DNA from: Antedon mediterranea
Lineage: Eukaryota > Animalia > Echinodermata
Direction of reading: 5' to 3'
Assembly: GCF_964355755.1 (NCBI RefSeq)
Contig: NC_092680.1
Span: forward strand, 17,617,045 to 17,681,044
DNA: 64,000 bases
Shown: one piece after another, positions 39,045-58,207 of the stretch
How the letters are laid out: each line of letters begins with the position of its first letter
Numbering within the stretch: the stretch's first letter is position 1
Translations under genes and position numbers: made by a program
Notes under the pieces: generated by a model
What the model saw: only the letters and a program-made list of their open reading frames with translations
What the model was told of the DNA's origin: nothing
The model's database searches: none

Positions 39045-41147
39045 ATGGAGTGCAAAAAGAGTCAAAATATTATCAAGATATCGCATGATGTTTTAAAATG
39101 TGATGATGTCTATCAGATGATAGGTTGTCCAACTTGTGGAGCTATTTCTCTGTTTGTTGGTACAGTTTTAATAACAAAATAATATGTTTTGCATTTAAAA
39201 TATCCATTGTTTGCTCCATGTCCTGACATCCCAATTTGCAATCAAATGTATTTTCCTTTTCTTAGGAACAACTAGGGACCATTTTGAGGGTAAAAAAGTG
39301 GTTGAGCTTGAGTACGAGGCATACATACCTATGGCTGAAAAGGAGATAGAGACTATATGTGCGGAAGTCAGATCAAAATGGCAGGTTAAACACATTGCTG
39401 TTTATCATAGATTAGGGTAAGACATTCAATAATCAATGTATTGTCACATATAATTATGTTACATTTGTTTTCCAGAGCATATATATAAACATACACATGA
39501 TTCAACATAAAAACTTTAACTTAAATCTCGAAAAAAATTATTATAAAGGCATATAGCAATTTTTATATTTAATTTTATAGTTGGTATTAACTTCACATTG
39601 CCGAATTATACCAGATCTATTAATGCATACAATACTATTTAGTATTGTATTGTAAGCTAAATACAGTAAAAGTAAAAGATTTACTGTGGAAAGAGTTAAT
39701 GATATGGAATTGTTTAGATCGTGTTCAACCAGATGCTATCTTAGGTGAGGGTGTGTGGCGCAGTGCGATAAACGTTGGATTACTGCTTGTGAAATCGTGG
39801 TTCGAATCCTACTCTTGCAGCATTGCTTGTATATAGGCAAGGCACTTTATTTACATTTGCCTCTCGCCATCCAGGTGCATAAATGGGTACCTGGTTAGAT
39901 CAAGCAACACATTTGCGCTGATTACTAGTTTGCATTATGGGAATATGTTTCCATACGTTTTTGATCCAAAAAATGACCAGGGTAATAATGTGTTATTTTT
40001 TATTATTTTTATTTTAAGCCACTGCCATAATATTCTCTTTTAAGGTTAGTTAAAATTGGTGAAGCTAGCGTCATCATTGGTATCTCATCTACGCATCGTC
40101 ATGAGTCATTGCAAGCAGTACAGTATTGTATTGATAAACTGAAAGAAAAGGTGCCTATATGGAAAAAGGTAACGTTCTTGTTGTAATACACTAGGCTTAT
40201 TTGAGATTCCACACATAAACAAAGATTTGACAAGTTTTTTTGTCTTGATATTTTATTTATTTTATGTGGAACAATAAAAATAAAAATGAAGTTATATTAT
40301 ACTACTACAGTAAACAAACAGGCTTACATAAGCTCTACATGTTTGCCACAAGGAGAATACCTTCTTTTTACGAGCATGTCCACAAGAGCGTCTAAGGTTT
40401 TAAGAATTTTGAATAGTGAAAATAATCTTGTTATCTGATCTTCAAATAAATGGGAGAAAATCCTATTTTTGTGTGATTTTCCATTTTGTATTGTTTGTTG
40501 TATACATGGAATTTGTATTCGGAAATAAAGTGATCAATCAATCAAAAATGGTTCAAACAACATAATGGACAGACTGTCAGACTGACAGTCTGTCAGTCTG
40601 ACAGTCTGACAGTCTGACAGACATCATATTCATCATTTGGCGTGTTTCTTGCTATTAGATGTGCATGACAAAGAAAACATTTCTACTTGTGTAGTTGATT
40701 GACAAACATAAGCTTATAGTGCAATATAAGTGTCTTGGAAACACGGATTCTGTACATACCAAATCTATAGTAAAGTGTGTCGACTAATTCAGCTATTGAG
40801 TGAACATATTTTGAGATTAAAGTTATACCACGATTATATTAAAGTAGTGTGGGGAAAACAAACCATCTATTGCTCAAGTCATGTTAAAGTACGGATATAT
40901 GTCCAGCTGAAGCAGATGTTAACATTTTAAGATTTTAAATTCAGGTGACCAATAACCCTTAAGTGGAGCGGTATTAAAAATCCCCACATGTTCGTTTGTT
41001 AAAAAAAGTTGGAAAAATTTGTAAATATCCCATTCACAATTTACTTGATTTTATTTCTACTTTTAGGAAGTTTATGAAGATGGTGGTAGTGACTGGAAAG
41101 CAAATAAGGAATGTGATTGGTCAGCTGAGAATATTTCCCACACCTGA
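39045..41147 (+). CDS. MOCS2B: Molybdopterin synthase catalytic subunit (MoaE-like), 156 aa
   Basis: Exons 39045-39159, 39266-39416, 40045-40168, 41067-41147. Motifs [62 protein letters not shown]. Confidence 0.95.
39747..39992 (+). mobile_element. tRNA-derived SINE, second copy (MOCS2B intron)
   Basis: Colinear similarity to 35505-35745, 3' truncated. Confidence 0.8.
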
Positions 41148-41268
41148 CCGCAAAGAAAGAATGTTATTGGTCAACTGAGAATGTTTACCGAACTTGACTG
41201 CAAAATAAAGAATGTGATTGGTCAACTGATAATGTTTCCCACACCTGACTGCAAATATGATTGGTCAA
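41100..41268 (+). repeat. About 50-bp tandem repeat spanning the MOCS2B stop codon
   Basis: GCAAATAAGGAATGTGATTGGTCAGCTGAGAATATTTCCCACACCTGAC, 3 full copies plus 1 partial. Confidence 0.85.
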
Positions 41269-41410
41269 AAACACTTGAGTCTTCAATAAGCATGGATGGT
41301 CATTCCAAAAACGTAGTTCTTCCATTTTTAAGACACCGTCTAAATGATCCACGTTGACAATAAAAATGTTTATGTACATTACAATATTAAATTAATTTCA
41401 TGTTGATACA

Positions 41411-41487
41411 AGTAGTCACAAGATTTATGTAGTAGTCACATGATCACGTAGTAGTCACATGACCACGTAGTAGTCACATGACCATGT
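41411..41487. repeat. 19-bp tandem repeat GTAGTAGTCACATGACCAC, about 4 copies
   Basis: Seen directly. Confidence 0.85.
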
Positions 41488-44400
41488 AGTAGTCACATGA
41501 CATGACATCAGAAATTATCAATACATTGCTATAGAAAACTTTAAGACAGGATTATGATTTAAATTGAGTTGATCAATTTGTTATAATATTATTGCCAAGT
41601 ATGTTCTATACTATATATACTACATGAAGGTACCGTTGTGGTTTTCACTTGGACACAACGCAAGGATGCAAGACTTAATTTGAGTAACGGTGACGCAATG
41701 TCATCCAAAGTTGGTCCACTCAGTTGAGTTGCGTTGAAGTGGCAACCACAAGATTTGATAACAAGTCTTTGGGTTCTGTTTTCAAGTTCTCATTCTGGCT
41801 CAATGCCACACCACTGCTTACACCACTACCAGGGCAAATTATTACTGCTTTACTGTACCATAAAAAAACATTATAAATTTAGAAAGCATAGGTTATTAAT
41901 TTCATCCTTGGAAATTTCTGTACATTTTTTTGGGATATATTATTATTGAAACAATTTGATGTGGTGTTAGGTAATTGTGTCAACTGTATAGGTGATTAAC
42001 CCTGTCTACAGTACATCAAAGCTACAATATGGTGGTTAATGAAATTCCAATCAAGAATTTAATCATGTTGTTTGAAGTGGCTCTCGCTATCAAAGATTAA
42101 ATGCCAATAAACCCATTCAGTCACCTGGCACGAGAGTGCACAAGCAACTTGATAACAATTCATAATTAATTTCATACTTGAATAAAACATAAGTATCATT
42201 TATTGTGTTAATCAGATGGGGTCAACAAAGTTGAGTGGATTACATAAATACATAGATCAAAATATTATATAGCTTGTATTGTTATGTACAGGTGAGCATG
42301 TCACTAACCTTTGACCTTATGTGATCTTAAGTGGTCAGCATATGGTTGTGTTAAGTGTCTTATTGTGGATGTTGTTCATTGTAATATACATGTGTAAAAG
42401 TAGTTTATTAAATTATAATCATGACATGTATTTTGTAAAGGAATTTATCGGTTTACTCCCACTGACACACAATCATGAATATTACAGGACAAGTTGGTAG
42501 TTAATTGTGTGTTTTACAATCAATTAAAGTACAGTACTATCGCATCGTAGGCCTGGGTTATTGTTTAACCATATTAGGAACCATCTAAAAACTATTTTAA
42601 TGCAGTTCCTACAGTAAATACATTTTTTTTTCTATTTACCTTTACAATCATAAATAGGCCTAGTATTTCGCCATATTACGAATCATTTTCGAAATAAAAA
42701 CATTCAAAGACTTAAACCTGAGGCTTTTTTTGTAGTATAAATGATTAATCAATGTATAACAGTAATTGCAGATTTATTTCAAGAAAATTGACGTCACAAA
42801 TCTCGAGCATTTTGTATCTTCAATATAGACCGAAATATTGGGTCATAGCTGCAACCCAATATGCTCAGAGATTAATCTTTTTCGAAATTCAAGTTTCTGA
42901 TTTTTTAATGTATATTTTATCGTAAATTTTCATAATGCCACAGTTAAAACTGACTTAATTTGTAAGTACCGGTAGTTCCAAGCGGTTATTGTCCAAAGAA
43001 AGTAGGCCGAATTCTGATAGGTTATTTTGAGGACATCGATTGGCTAGTTTTGTGGCACGCGTACTACGGTTTATACGATAATTCTTTTAGCATGCGTCTT
43101 TGTCTCATCTCTTGATTTTGGCGACTTTTCGTGGAAATTACGATGCACAGAGTACCCACGCCTTCTCTCCTATTAGAACAAATTTCTCTATCTTAATAAT
43201 CTTAGTACAATGTAATGAATTCTGTACATCATGATATTATATATAGGCCTATTAAGTTTTATAAATAAACTAAGAAGATTGGTACAGGTGGGGCTGTCTC
43301 CATTTTTTTTACCTAATAAGCCTAATAACCTTAATTCAGTACGTGATTCTTAAACTGTATTACCTTATTGAAACGTGGAAAATACACCAAACAACTGGAG
43401 TTAATACTTTTGTACAATTCTTTAATCTAAATCAGTACTGGAATATTATTATAAAGGGTTACACATTAAACAAGCGTTGTGGATTATTGTTTTTCTTACG
43501 ATAATATACATAACAAATTCATAAGTTTAAATCATATCATCGAATTGGATGGTTTCAGTATTTCACCATAATTAAAATAGTTTCCATGACTTTTTAAATC
43601 CTGTGAAACTAAATAATTGTCATGCTGTTAAAAGTTAAAATTTGTAATAATATTTCTATTCGTTCTCTGCCGGTAAATTCCTCATAATAAAAGATGGTAA
43701 GAATAATAGATATATTTTAATCTCGTGTTGTTGACCACGAATATTTCTTTTTCAACAAGTGTTACTTAAGATACAACCCATCTGGATACTTGTACATAAC
43801 AATGGTTGCGAATCCACCTCAAGTACCTTGTATCATATCTTATTCAGCTCCTGCTATTTTGTCAGTCATTCGTAACTTACCAACTTGGAACTTCGTCAAC
43901 CATTCTGTTCTCAACTTTAGTGAATTTTATTTCACCGTTTCAACAGGTAAGATGATTCTATATGCCTATTTCTAAAGTTCTCCAAAATAAATATATTGGC
44001 CATTGTTTATTATATTTTTTTTAAATACACACCTAATTGGAGACAGTGGCTTAGACTGCCCTTTTGCTTTCCTGGCAGCTATGTGTCTATGATTTCATAT
44101 TTTCTTCTTGTGTCATAATTTGTTTAATTTGTTGATTTTGTAAAATTTATCTTTTGCCTAAATAAATATTGAATAAATAAAATCAAAATGTTGGCTTAAA
44201 ATCATTTAAATATAATGATTTATAAAATTATCGCTAAACAATAAAAATAATTTGTTTGATTATATATTTATTTATAGATTATAGGTCTAATCAATTATTT
44301 AAATTGTTAATTGATTCGACTGTGGCATGCCTGCTGCGGACTATCTACCTTTAGGCCTAATAAGCATATCTACAAATCTTGAATGTCTTCTTTTTAAACG

Positions 44401-44733
44401 TAATAGTAATGTATAAACAATAATTATGATCACTATAAAAAAAAAGCGCTGTCTACACTATCAAACTATTTTGAAAAAAAAAAGTGTGACGTACCCAAAT
44501 ATGGTAGTAATATGTCCAAATATGGTAGTGCTATGACACGAGCATATCCATGTATTTGTTGTCACATAAAGTTTGATATTGTATATAGGCCTATTGTAGA
44601 CAAAGCTTTAAATTTGTTTCTGTTTACTATAATATTTGTGTATGTTTCGTGATTATTTGACCCAAATTTGTTTGAGCATTATTTATTTAACAATTATAAA
44701 TTATTTTGAAATTCTTAAATTGTAATTGTTAGA

Positions 44734-47554
44734 ATGACAGGTGGTTATGTGGTTTACTTGCTGACGCTTATCCTACTTTCTGGAGTTGTGAACGGGAGTC
44801 AATATACCAGACAGTACCTTACTCGTCAAATAGCATGTCCAAGAAATCAGCACACGCGAGACTGTTCGTTTTGTTGGTGTGCTATACCACTTACACGTGA
44901 TACAATTCCGTCAGCATTAAATCAGGATCAGATTCTGGAACTGAACAGGTTCCGAGATTGGTTTATCAACGAACAACCGAGTCCCGAAACGTTATACGAT
45001 CGGACAGAACCAGTGTTTGAGTGAGTTGCTTTTGCTAAACATTTTACGATACACATTTATTATTCTGGGGAGGAGTTTATGTTTTATGTGTAATGTGGTA
45101 ACAATAATATGTATAATCAAATAAATGCCCTTAGATATGAAAAACACAATTAATCCCTATAAAGTCATCAAATGCTGTACAAATAGTATCAATGTATTCT
45201 ACTATAATAGAAATGTGATAGTATACAAATAATGAATGTTTATGAGTGTAATGGTACAAATAATGGCATGACGTGAATTCACCATTATTTGTACCATTAG
45301 GCTACACGAATAGAAAACATTTATTATTTGTTTTATGTAACATCTAAATAGATTCTTGTCATTTGAATCAAATAAAAGGTAGCCCCACCCAAAAGGCCTA
45401 CATTTGATTCACATTGATTAAAACAGTAACATTTGGTTTTTAATAATATTAGGCCTATATTAAATGTTATATTTATATGGATTTTATAAACACACCTACT
45501 TTAGTGTTAATTATGTAAACAAACGATCCAGGCCTAATACTAGCTTGGCTGAAAGGCAAAACTTCGACAGACAACTGGAACTCATCTAGGAAGGCTAATT
45601 ATGTTTTTTCCAACGATTCTACAAACCATCTAAAGCTAATTTAAATGCCTTTTAATTTGATCTAAATTAGTACATATATCTCTCCAGAAATGTACTTTCA
45701 TCGCGAAAAACCAGTCATAACATTCAAATCGCAGCGAAAGTACAAAATAGGTGGCGCTATTGTATTTCAAAAGAAATACTATAAAACAAAATATTTTCCA
45801 AACGCGAACAATTTTTGTTTTCGTAACACAAAAAAGGTACTATTAAACGATTGTTTAATAGTGAGTTCTATTGCCCCCGCCATGTGACCCACATTCGTCC
45901 AATCAAATGACAGAAATTTATTTAGGTGTTATATAAAATACAATTTTGTTTATATATGCATGTGGCGGGGAGTTTTTTTTTTCAGGAGGTGGGAGGTAAT
46001 TCAGAATGATGTTCTATGGGGGAGCGATTTATTCAAAGCGGGAGGTTTATTCGAATAAATAAGTATATAAATATTAACGGATCGATAATATTTTTTACTT
46101 CAGGAGGTGGGAGGTAATTCAGAATGATGTTCTATGGGGGAGCGATTTATTCAAAGCGGGAGGTTTATTCGAATAAATAAGTATATAAATATTAACGGAT
46201 CGATAATATTTTTTACTTCGGAGTAGTAAAGTTATTACTGATAAAATATCACTAGTGACTTACTTACAATGCTGTAACATTGTTACCGTACCTATTTGAA
46301 TCTTCCAAATTAGAAAACATAGTTTAAATGATTTGAATTTTCAGCAAAAGCAAACATTGATACAAAAAGCAAGTCTCTTATAAACTGACACATTTTAAAC
46401 CAATATGTCATTTCAGATTAACTCCGAAACAAAAGATAGCAATATTGGATGATTTCAGAGACTTTTTCCAAACGTGTGAGAATTTTGATAGCGTCAACAA
46501 TGTGTGTCTGGATGCAGGCCCGACGATTCAAAGAAGTGGTCGAATTACACGATCCAATGACAGGATCTGCTCTGTCGTCATTCAAGCTACACCTTACTTT
46601 GCTGCTCTTTCCGATACCAACAGACCAACGGTGGTAGTTCAGGTAAGGAGCGAATTTAAAATACTCTCTACGATTCTAATAATTAAACACCACCTTCAAT
46701 GTCAAGAAAGGCACCTTTCCTACAAGTTTATAAGAGCAATTTGCCTTTCACCAATGTCCACCATCATGCAAAGAAACTATTTAAAGTTTAACACTTTTCG
46801 GAAGGTTTCTTTTCTTTTATCAGTTTTTAAGAGCAATTTGCCTTGGACTACATCAATTTTTGTGATCCAGAGTGATCGTTTTAAAGGGTGTTGCGTTACC
46901 GATTAAAGTGCTTTCTCCGAGATCATACAGAATAAAACCAGCCGATTTTTGTACGGTGTCATGCCTCACAAGAAACTGCTGTTTAATGTAAAGCGACGGT
47001 AAAAAGCCTATCACACGTTGTGATACTGAGTCAGATGTACATCTCTTCTATTTAAAATAAAATAAACGATATTGACCGATGTTAAAACCATGTCTTCCGA
47101 TGGGGAAGTTTATGAAAGCACTTTCAGCCAAACACAGTGTATAAAATGAACTACGAACTATGAAATATACAGGTTGTGGTCAGCAGACAAGAAAGACAAG
47201 ATCCGGGATTCGTCATTTTGCTCTTCTTCCTCTTTTCTTCTTGTTTCTTCTTTTCAGTGTTTCAACAAATACATTTTCTCTTGGTTTCACTCATTTTTAA
47301 GTAGGCCTACAATATCATATTAGGTTGTAAAAATATAAATTGTATCCGTTCTATTACAGATATCATTGCAAGTTATTCAAGAATTTGAGGAAGAATTGTG
47401 CGTCAGTGACCGATGTAATTATTTCTCCAGTTGTTTTTGTAAGAGAAATTTCCGATTGGCCAGGGCAATAATCTACGACACGGAGCAACAAGAAATATAC
47501 ACACCTTCTATTGGAGACATTAAAATAAGAAGTTGCCACGCCTACAAACAATAA
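44734..47554 (+). CDS. Secreted cysteine-rich pre-pro-protein, 235 aa, putative Spaetzle-like cystine-knot ligand
   Basis: Exons 44734-45020, 46417-46642, 47360-47554 join in frame with GT-AG sites. Signal peptide (about aa 1-21), RSGRITR/S dibasic-type site at aa 135-141, 94-aa C-terminal domain with 6 Cys. A probable 5' UTR exon ends at 43946 (CAG|gtaaga). The gene model is well supported; the family assignment is inferred. Confidence 0.75.
45980..46218. repeat. Near-perfect 118-bp tandem duplication
   Basis: TTCAGGAGGTGGGAGGTAATTC... at 45981 and 46099. Confidence 0.92.
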
Positions 47555-49107
47555 GAAAAGCCTATTGCTGCCCTGTCAATTTGAATTTTAGAACATGGTC
47601 ACAACCGGCTGTGAGGAGCAATACGTTTTTTACTGATTTCCTTTAATACAACAATGATGGACGTGGCCCCGATGTTGATTAGCTCCAACAAGCACTTCAG
47701 CACGGGCGAAACTTGACTATAACCATGTAGAGGTTAATTGTGACAAAACGGCGGCTTTTTTAATTTAAAAGTCCTTATTATAAACTACTTGACGAAAGAA
47801 GTGTAATGTCGCACGTAACTATACATTCTTAAACGCGGTTCGAAAAGACATAATCTCAACAATGCAAGATCATCCGAACTGTCGCTTGTGATATTGGTCA
47901 ACTCACTGGCGTTGCGTCCAATTAAAAACCATGGCTTTAAACGAGAATGCTGGTCGAAATAACCTGATTATGAGTCAAATGTCGCTATTGTTGAAGTTGA
48001 TGTAACTCATTCAGCCAATCGAATTGCGTATACTTCTTGAAGAAAAGGGTGGAGTGGGAGATAGTTTATGTTCAATTCAGCGCTAATTTTAATTCAAAGT
48101 ACAGTGTAGCTTGCTACCACAATTAGTACTAATCACACCTTAATTATGCAAATAATAAAGATAAAATACATTTACGCCTATCCTTTTAAATTGTGTTTAT
48201 TAATAAATAAAGGAATAACTTCGAAGATGGAAGGCGTAGCCAATTCCACAACACACGTACGTGTAAACAAAGACAACCGAATATTTTATTTAAATTTGTG
48301 ACATGATTTGTTGTGACACGTACCAAGACACTATTACAATTCTTCTGCGCAGTTTTCCTATATTTAAATACAAAGCACATTGGAGTTACTTACATAAACT
48401 TTTATTTTGTATCTACAAATATAACAAAACAAAAATTAAAACCTTATATACCAAGTCAGAACTAAAAACAAACAAAATCATTTTGTAAATACTCCATCCT
48501 ACAAACAATATTTAAAATAGGGCCTTCTATGTGGTCTGTCCAGTAACTGGTTTGACCATAAACAACAACATAAAAAAAAAAAAATAATAATCGCTGTATG
48601 ATGAAGAGCATTGTGCACCAAGAGATATCTTCTGTAATTTTTTTTCTACATTATAATATATTTCTATAATTTATTATATTAAATTTTTATTAATTTATTT
48701 CACCCTCACCAAAATAGAATAAACAAATACAAATTATTTTCATTAGTACCCAAAATAAATCATTTAAGTTTATAAACACAAAGAAAAAACATCAAAATCA
48801 GGTGCAAGAGTTTAGAGAAAGGCTAAGCTATGTCTACACTATCAAACTAGTTTGACAAAAAAAGTGTGCCCAAACATGGTAGTGATATGGCGTCATCGTG
48901 TACATATATGGGCAAATCACATTTTTTTAAACATAAAGTTTGATAGTGTAGACAGAGCTTTATCCTTGGGTTGACGTTTTTTTTTTAGTCTATAGTATAA
49001 AGCACTCACTTTATAGTTTTCATATCATTTCATATGATTCTTTTATACTACAACCAACTTTTTTTTAAAAATTGGTAAAGTTATGTTTGCGGTACAACAT
49101 GCATTTC

Positions 49108-49292
49108 TAAAGCTTGGTTCCCACTAGAACGTAACGCAAGGACGTAAACGCAACGCAAGCGTTTTAACCAATGACAAGCGAAGTTATAGACAGTTAGCAA
49201 TCACAAGCGAATAAGCCATCGCTTGTGATTGGTCAATTCACTTGCGTTACGTTACGTCCTTGCGTTGCGTCGCTAGTGGGAACCACGCTTAA
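49108..49292. mobile_element. Harbinger-like MITE
   Basis: TAA|AGCTTGGTTCCCACTAG..CGCAAGGACGTAA...TTACGTCCTTGCG..CTAGTGGGAACCACGCT|TAA. Degenerate copies at about 19066-19180 and 41640-41740. Confidence 0.8.
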
Positions 49293-51080
49293 AGAATGTT
49301 TCGGCTGTTATGCACCGCCTTCTGCAGAAGACGAAGACAGTTGTAGATAGATAGTTGTAACATTCTCAACATGGTGTACCTAACATGGTGTAACTTTACG
49401 CGTGTTCATTCGCCATGCAACATTTAAACAATATATTATTAAGATGAACGCCTAATACATTTATATACTAATTTGTCAAGATTTAGTGAATTCAATATTA
49501 AGGAAGTATCTCTTGTAGTAAAAGTTATATTTTTGAATTTGTTTATTGTTACAAATTGAACATAATATATTTACAGAGTTCCAATAATAATAATTTAATT
49601 ATTTCTTCCATTTTTATAACTAATATAATAATGAAATACCAACATAAATCGCACATTATTAGAAAATATTGTGCTGTAGTAAACAAATGAATCTTGGCAT
49701 TACCTAGTATAATTTGATAAAACAATTGTTTGTAAGTAACTTTAATTTAATTTGTAAGGTTTTTAAAATGTTAAATTTCAAAATACATTTTTATTCTTTT
49801 AAACTAAAACACTGCTTACTAGTAAATCATAATAAATTTTTAAAAAATTCTACAATTACACATAAATTAATGTTTATGCAATAATATAAGGATGGAAATT
49901 CTCATATATGAAGTATATTTTTCAAACTACAAAAATGGAATAAAGTTGGTAACCTGAATAAATATTTATTAAGACTGAAGAGTAGTTTCAGTAATATAAA
50001 CAATACTTCGTCTACATTATGTGCAGTTACCAGGAAAGCAGACACTTTTATATCCCCAAGGAAGTATAGTATTTGAGCACAGAGATCATATCAGCAATCA
50101 ACACGTTTTCTACTGCAGGTATCACAAGATACCACCATAGGTTCACAAACTGCCATTTTCAATACATACACTGGCAATTTCTCTAGCAAATGCTACGTTT
50201 TCAAATAGTAAAAATACATATAATATTACCAAACAAGTGTATCAATACTGCACGTGCTTTAATAAATGTATAGCATAAGAAACGCATATTTTCTCATTAA
50301 AAAAATCTCCAAAGATGGTTAGGTATATACATAAGCACGGATATTGTGAACATACCGATAACAGTAACACCCTAGATACTGTAAATAAGGACATGTCATG
50401 CACGAGTGAACTTTGTTGCAGGAGAATAACTTTTGTCAATTCACTTATCTTGTTTGCTTGGGTACATATCTTGAACCATGTATTTTAAGAACACATGTGT
50501 ATTTAATTAACATACAAATAAACACATATAAAATAAAAATGTACACATTTTAAGTATGTATGTATGTTCAAATAAGTGAAACAATCGACATGTGATTGAC
50601 TACTGTACGTGTGTGTTGGTCATGTGACTTAGCATCATGTGAACACAGTTCTTACTGTATGTGAGATATCTTCCTAAAGAACACATAATACATTATAAAC
50701 ATGATAACATTATCGGCAGTACATACATGGGCCAGGGAGTGTTATTTGATATGGCCTGAAATAAACCTTAGACATTTCGGAGGGTTGAATGGGGAAATGA
50801 GAAAATTTAGGAAACCACTCCCCATCACCAACTATAACAAGAATTTTATTAGAATACATAAATAGAATATTTGCCTAATATCACAACCAGGGCTTGGGTT
50901 TTTAAGCATTTAAATGGTTGTGAATTTGCTAGTGTAAAGTAGTTTTAGAGCCTTCATTTTATTCTTGCACAGGTAAGCAGGGCTCGATTGACTCTATTTT
51001 CTCACATTAGCCAATTGGGCTAGTTAGTGTATACTAGCCTAATGAGCCAATTTGCTAGTGCCATCAACCTCAACATGACT

Positions 51081-51245
51081 AAAACTCTGTTTACACTAAC
51101 AAACTTTATGTGACAACAAAATGTGATGTGCCCATATATAGACATGATGATGTCATATCACTACCATATTTGGGTATATAACTACCATATTTGGGCACAT
51201 CATACTTTTTTGTCAAACTAGTTTGATAGTGTAGACAGAGCTTTA
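51081..51245. mobile_element. About 165-bp MITE family (Harbinger-like, TWA flanks), representative copy
   Basis: TIR AGCTCTGTCTACACTATCAAACT...AGTTTGATAGTGTAGACAGAGCT. Other copies at about 4332-4498, 5814-5968, 23030-23196, 23574-23741, 44443-44610, 48824-48962. Confidence 0.85.
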
Positions 51246-51477
51246 CTATGCACTTAAAAAATGTAGTCTACAGGTATGCAGATCTTATTTTTTTCACTAG
51301 CACACCAAGGTGTTCAAATACAGAGTACTCAGGACCCCAGGATAGAATACTAAATCGTGCCGTTTGTGAAGGTACTGAAACAATTTCATTGTTTAATTGA
51401 CCCATACTCGGAAAATATATACATGATTGGAAAATAAATGCATTTGAATTTAAACATCATCCAGTTTAATTATGAAA

Positions 51478-58207
<6,730 letters not shown>

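Noticed and set aside
38596-39047. Stop-codon readthrough fusing MOCS2A to MOCS2B
   Set aside because: The spacer has another in-frame TAA, the ORFs are out of frame after splicing, and MOCS2A needs a free C-terminal Gly-Gly.
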